Below are positions 61,491-64,000 of a stretch of 64,000 bases of DNA, piece after piece. Each line of letters begins with the position of its first letter. Position 1 is the first letter of the stretch. The stretch is from NCBI GenBank assembly GCA_964016885.1, contig OZ024745.1:107508001-107572000 (forward strand), written 5' to 3'. Both the position numbers and the translations under genes were made by a program. This DNA comes from Eledone cirrhosa (lineage: Eukaryota). The notes beneath the pieces are model-generated. The model saw only the letters and a program-made list of their open reading frames with translations, did no database searches and was not told the origin of the DNA.

Positions 61491-61821
61491 CATCTCTCTC
61501 TATATCTCTCTCTCTCAATTTTTAGGATCACTGCCTTTCGCTGTCATTTGAATAATTCATCGTACATCGAAAGTTATTTCATTAAAAAGGTAAAAGAAAA
61601 TAGATATGTCTATTACGACTGATGCTCTCGATGGTGTCTTAGTTATGGTGACGGGGTGGTGGTAGTGGTGACAGTGATGTGTTGTGAGTTGTCTTGATAT
61701 GATGGTTCGATGGTGACAGTGCGTTTTGACTTGATGTATTGGTTTGGTGAGGAGGTGATAGTGGCGGGGGGATGACGGTTGCTGTGGTTTATGGTTCGTG
61801 TGTATTGATGTGTTGATGGGT

Positions 61822-62222
61822 GGTGGGCAGTATCGGTAGAGTGTCAGACACCATACTTTGCGGCATAGAGTTACGGCCCTTTACATTCTGATTTCAAATC
61901 CCGCCGGCTTTAACATTGCCTTTCATCCTTACGGGGTCGATAAAATAAATTACCAGTCACGTTCTGGTGTCGATTTAATCGACTTTCCCCTCCCACAAAA
62001 TGCCTGACCTTGTGCCTATATAAGAAACCATTATGGATTGGCAGTATCGGTAGAGGGTCGGACGCCATGCTTTAACGCAGAGTTACGGCCGTTGCCATTC
62101 TGAGTTCAAATCCCGCCGAGGCTAACTTTGCCTTTCATCCTGACGGGGTCGATAAAATAAAGTACCAGTAATACACTGGGATAATTGCTGGCCTTGTGTT
62201 AAAAGTAGAAACAATTATTATT
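61822..62222 (+). mobile_element. Two tandem tRNA-derived SINE copies
   Basis: Match to the 17626 consensus. Confidence 0.85.
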
Positions 62223-62224
62223 AT

Positions 62225-62850
62225 TTTCTAGGTCTAGAAGAAGGGCTTGTGCCCATGACCCTTGCAGATCTTCGAAAATAGATTAGATTAAATCTGTTGG
62301 CGTTCAGTTCACACGTCGATTTTGCATGAAAAAACATGCACAGAAAAAGTTGCAGCAGGGTGAAACTCCAGGGAAGAAGAACTGTGCACTGTGTTTTGTG
62401 CAGAGCTCGGGCGTTGGAGACAGAATGGATGACGAGAGTAGAATTGATGAGTGAAATGGGAATGTCTGAGTGAAGGTGACATGAGGATGTCACCTTCACT
62501 CAGACATTCGCTCCGAGGATGAAGAGCCTTTTTAGTTGTGGTAGAAATGTGAACCCAAGACGGGAGCATATTTTTCAGTGACATTATGTCAATCATATGG
62601 TTGGCCTTTCTCGTGATGTGGTGTATGATTTATATATGTATCGCAGCAACAGTGTTCTGGATGTGGGAGCACTACTCCATTGTAAGTTTTACCTGAACAT
62701 TCTAGTGGGTCAGAATTTGATGGGGACAAAATTATTTTCCGCGTTCTCCATTCGAGACCTTTATTACGTGTGAGACTAACATTATATTTCATGTCTCTTA
62801 AGATTATTAATATTTCGGTCCATAGACCAGGTATGAGTAAGTTTTTCGAG
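62225..62850 (-). pseudogene. Degenerate LINE (CR1/L2-like) ORF2 3' remnant
   Basis: KTYNGVVLPHPEHCC resembles LYxxxVRPHLEYC; the minus strand ends at an (AAT)n tract. Confidence 0.35.
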
Positions 62851-64000
62851 CAGTGGGCTGTATAGGAACGCATAAGACACATCATAAGGCGGGCAGCGTT
62901 ATTAAAAAGTTCGAGGCAATTTTGAAATTAGGCGTGCTATTCAGAAAGCTAAACAGACCTCATACAGCTCGTGGGCTGCAGTTTGCCCATGACTGCTATA
63001 TAGTATATGTAAAGTGAGTGCCAGCCTAATATCACCACATATATGCTATAGCTAATAATGCTAAGCAGTTCATGACGTATATATGTAATTCTTCTGATTT
63101 TAAATGAGATCTATAAATATTTTAAGTGCCAAAATATATAGTTCCCATTGATATTCGTACAGACTTTACTTAAATAGTTTTACTTTTATACATGACTGAG
63201 TATTTTATAATAGATGGGTTGTAAAGCTGCTTTATTATAAGCTCTTCATGGAGTTATATCTCGTGTGGGCAACGTTTTTGCAGTTTTAACCTGAAGTATA
63301 TTTCAGTACTCCTGCTACAACCTTTATCAGTACTGAGAATTCTCTAGGTAACATTCACCCATATCATATACATCCGGTCATCCATGGATAATATGTAGAG
63401 GGGCTGTTTATCCACTTCTCAGAGTAGTAAATATAAAATCTATTCATTCTACATTGTTAGATATTTGCCATACAGACAAAAAGTTGCTTTATAACATATA
63501 CAATATATCGCACATTCCTATAACATCTAAACCTAAAAGTGTTTCGCTCCCTGTAACATCTACAAATAAGAAATGTCACACTCTTGTATCATGTAAACCG
63601 AAACAGAAGTTAAATTTGTAAGCCATTTGGCTCTAGTTACAACCCAGTGTAGAGAACTCATCTGTATGCAGTGGAAAAAGGTTTGGAATCTATAAATTTC
63701 TCTCATTTTTATGTTTACAATTAATGAACTCATCTCAAACAATATAATGATATTGAATTTAATGACTATAACGACATTGAATTTTCTATAATGACATTGA
63801 ATTTAAATAAGATGATATTTAACAAGAAATATAATAAGGTTTTTGACAGAAAAGTCGTTAATTTACATATTAAAGAAACAACCACAGATTAACAATCGCC
63901 ATGATTTTCTTCAATATCAACTGTTTATTACTTAATTTAAATACTCCAGCCCGTACTTTATTGACACGCAGTGTGTCTCTGTACATATTATGATTTCAAT

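Overview
Eukaryotic, AT-rich, microsatellite-saturated DNA with no recognisable host protein-coding exon. The repeat content (tRNA-derived SINEs, (TA)n density) resembles what I recall of Octopus/cephalopod genomes; this is inference. The window is dominated by Penelope-like retroelements (PLEs). One looks intact at ~6.1 kb, with an 813-aa RT + C-terminal GIY-YIG ORF (36843-39284, Hydra-clade-like CxCx5C linker), an inverted pseudo-LTR and a 3' hammerhead. There are also two degenerate relatives and a Neptune-like GIY-YIG fragment. Reading the short unique islands between (TA)n tracts shows that most are non-autonomous PLE-type/retrozyme-like units. I count about 20-25 type I hammerhead ribozyme (HHR) motifs from more than 10 unrelated families. 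They occur as tandem or terminally redundant 310-530 bp units and as long fold-back palindromes, several have greatly expanded stem II, and many share a TTGAGTRCTT motif downstream of the cleavage site. Also present: many SINEs, a hAT MITE with 8-bp TSD, a non-autonomous Helitron, a Tx1/L1 3' end in a (GATA)n tract, and CR1-, R4/Dong- and L2-like LINE remnants. All structures were read by eye, not computed.
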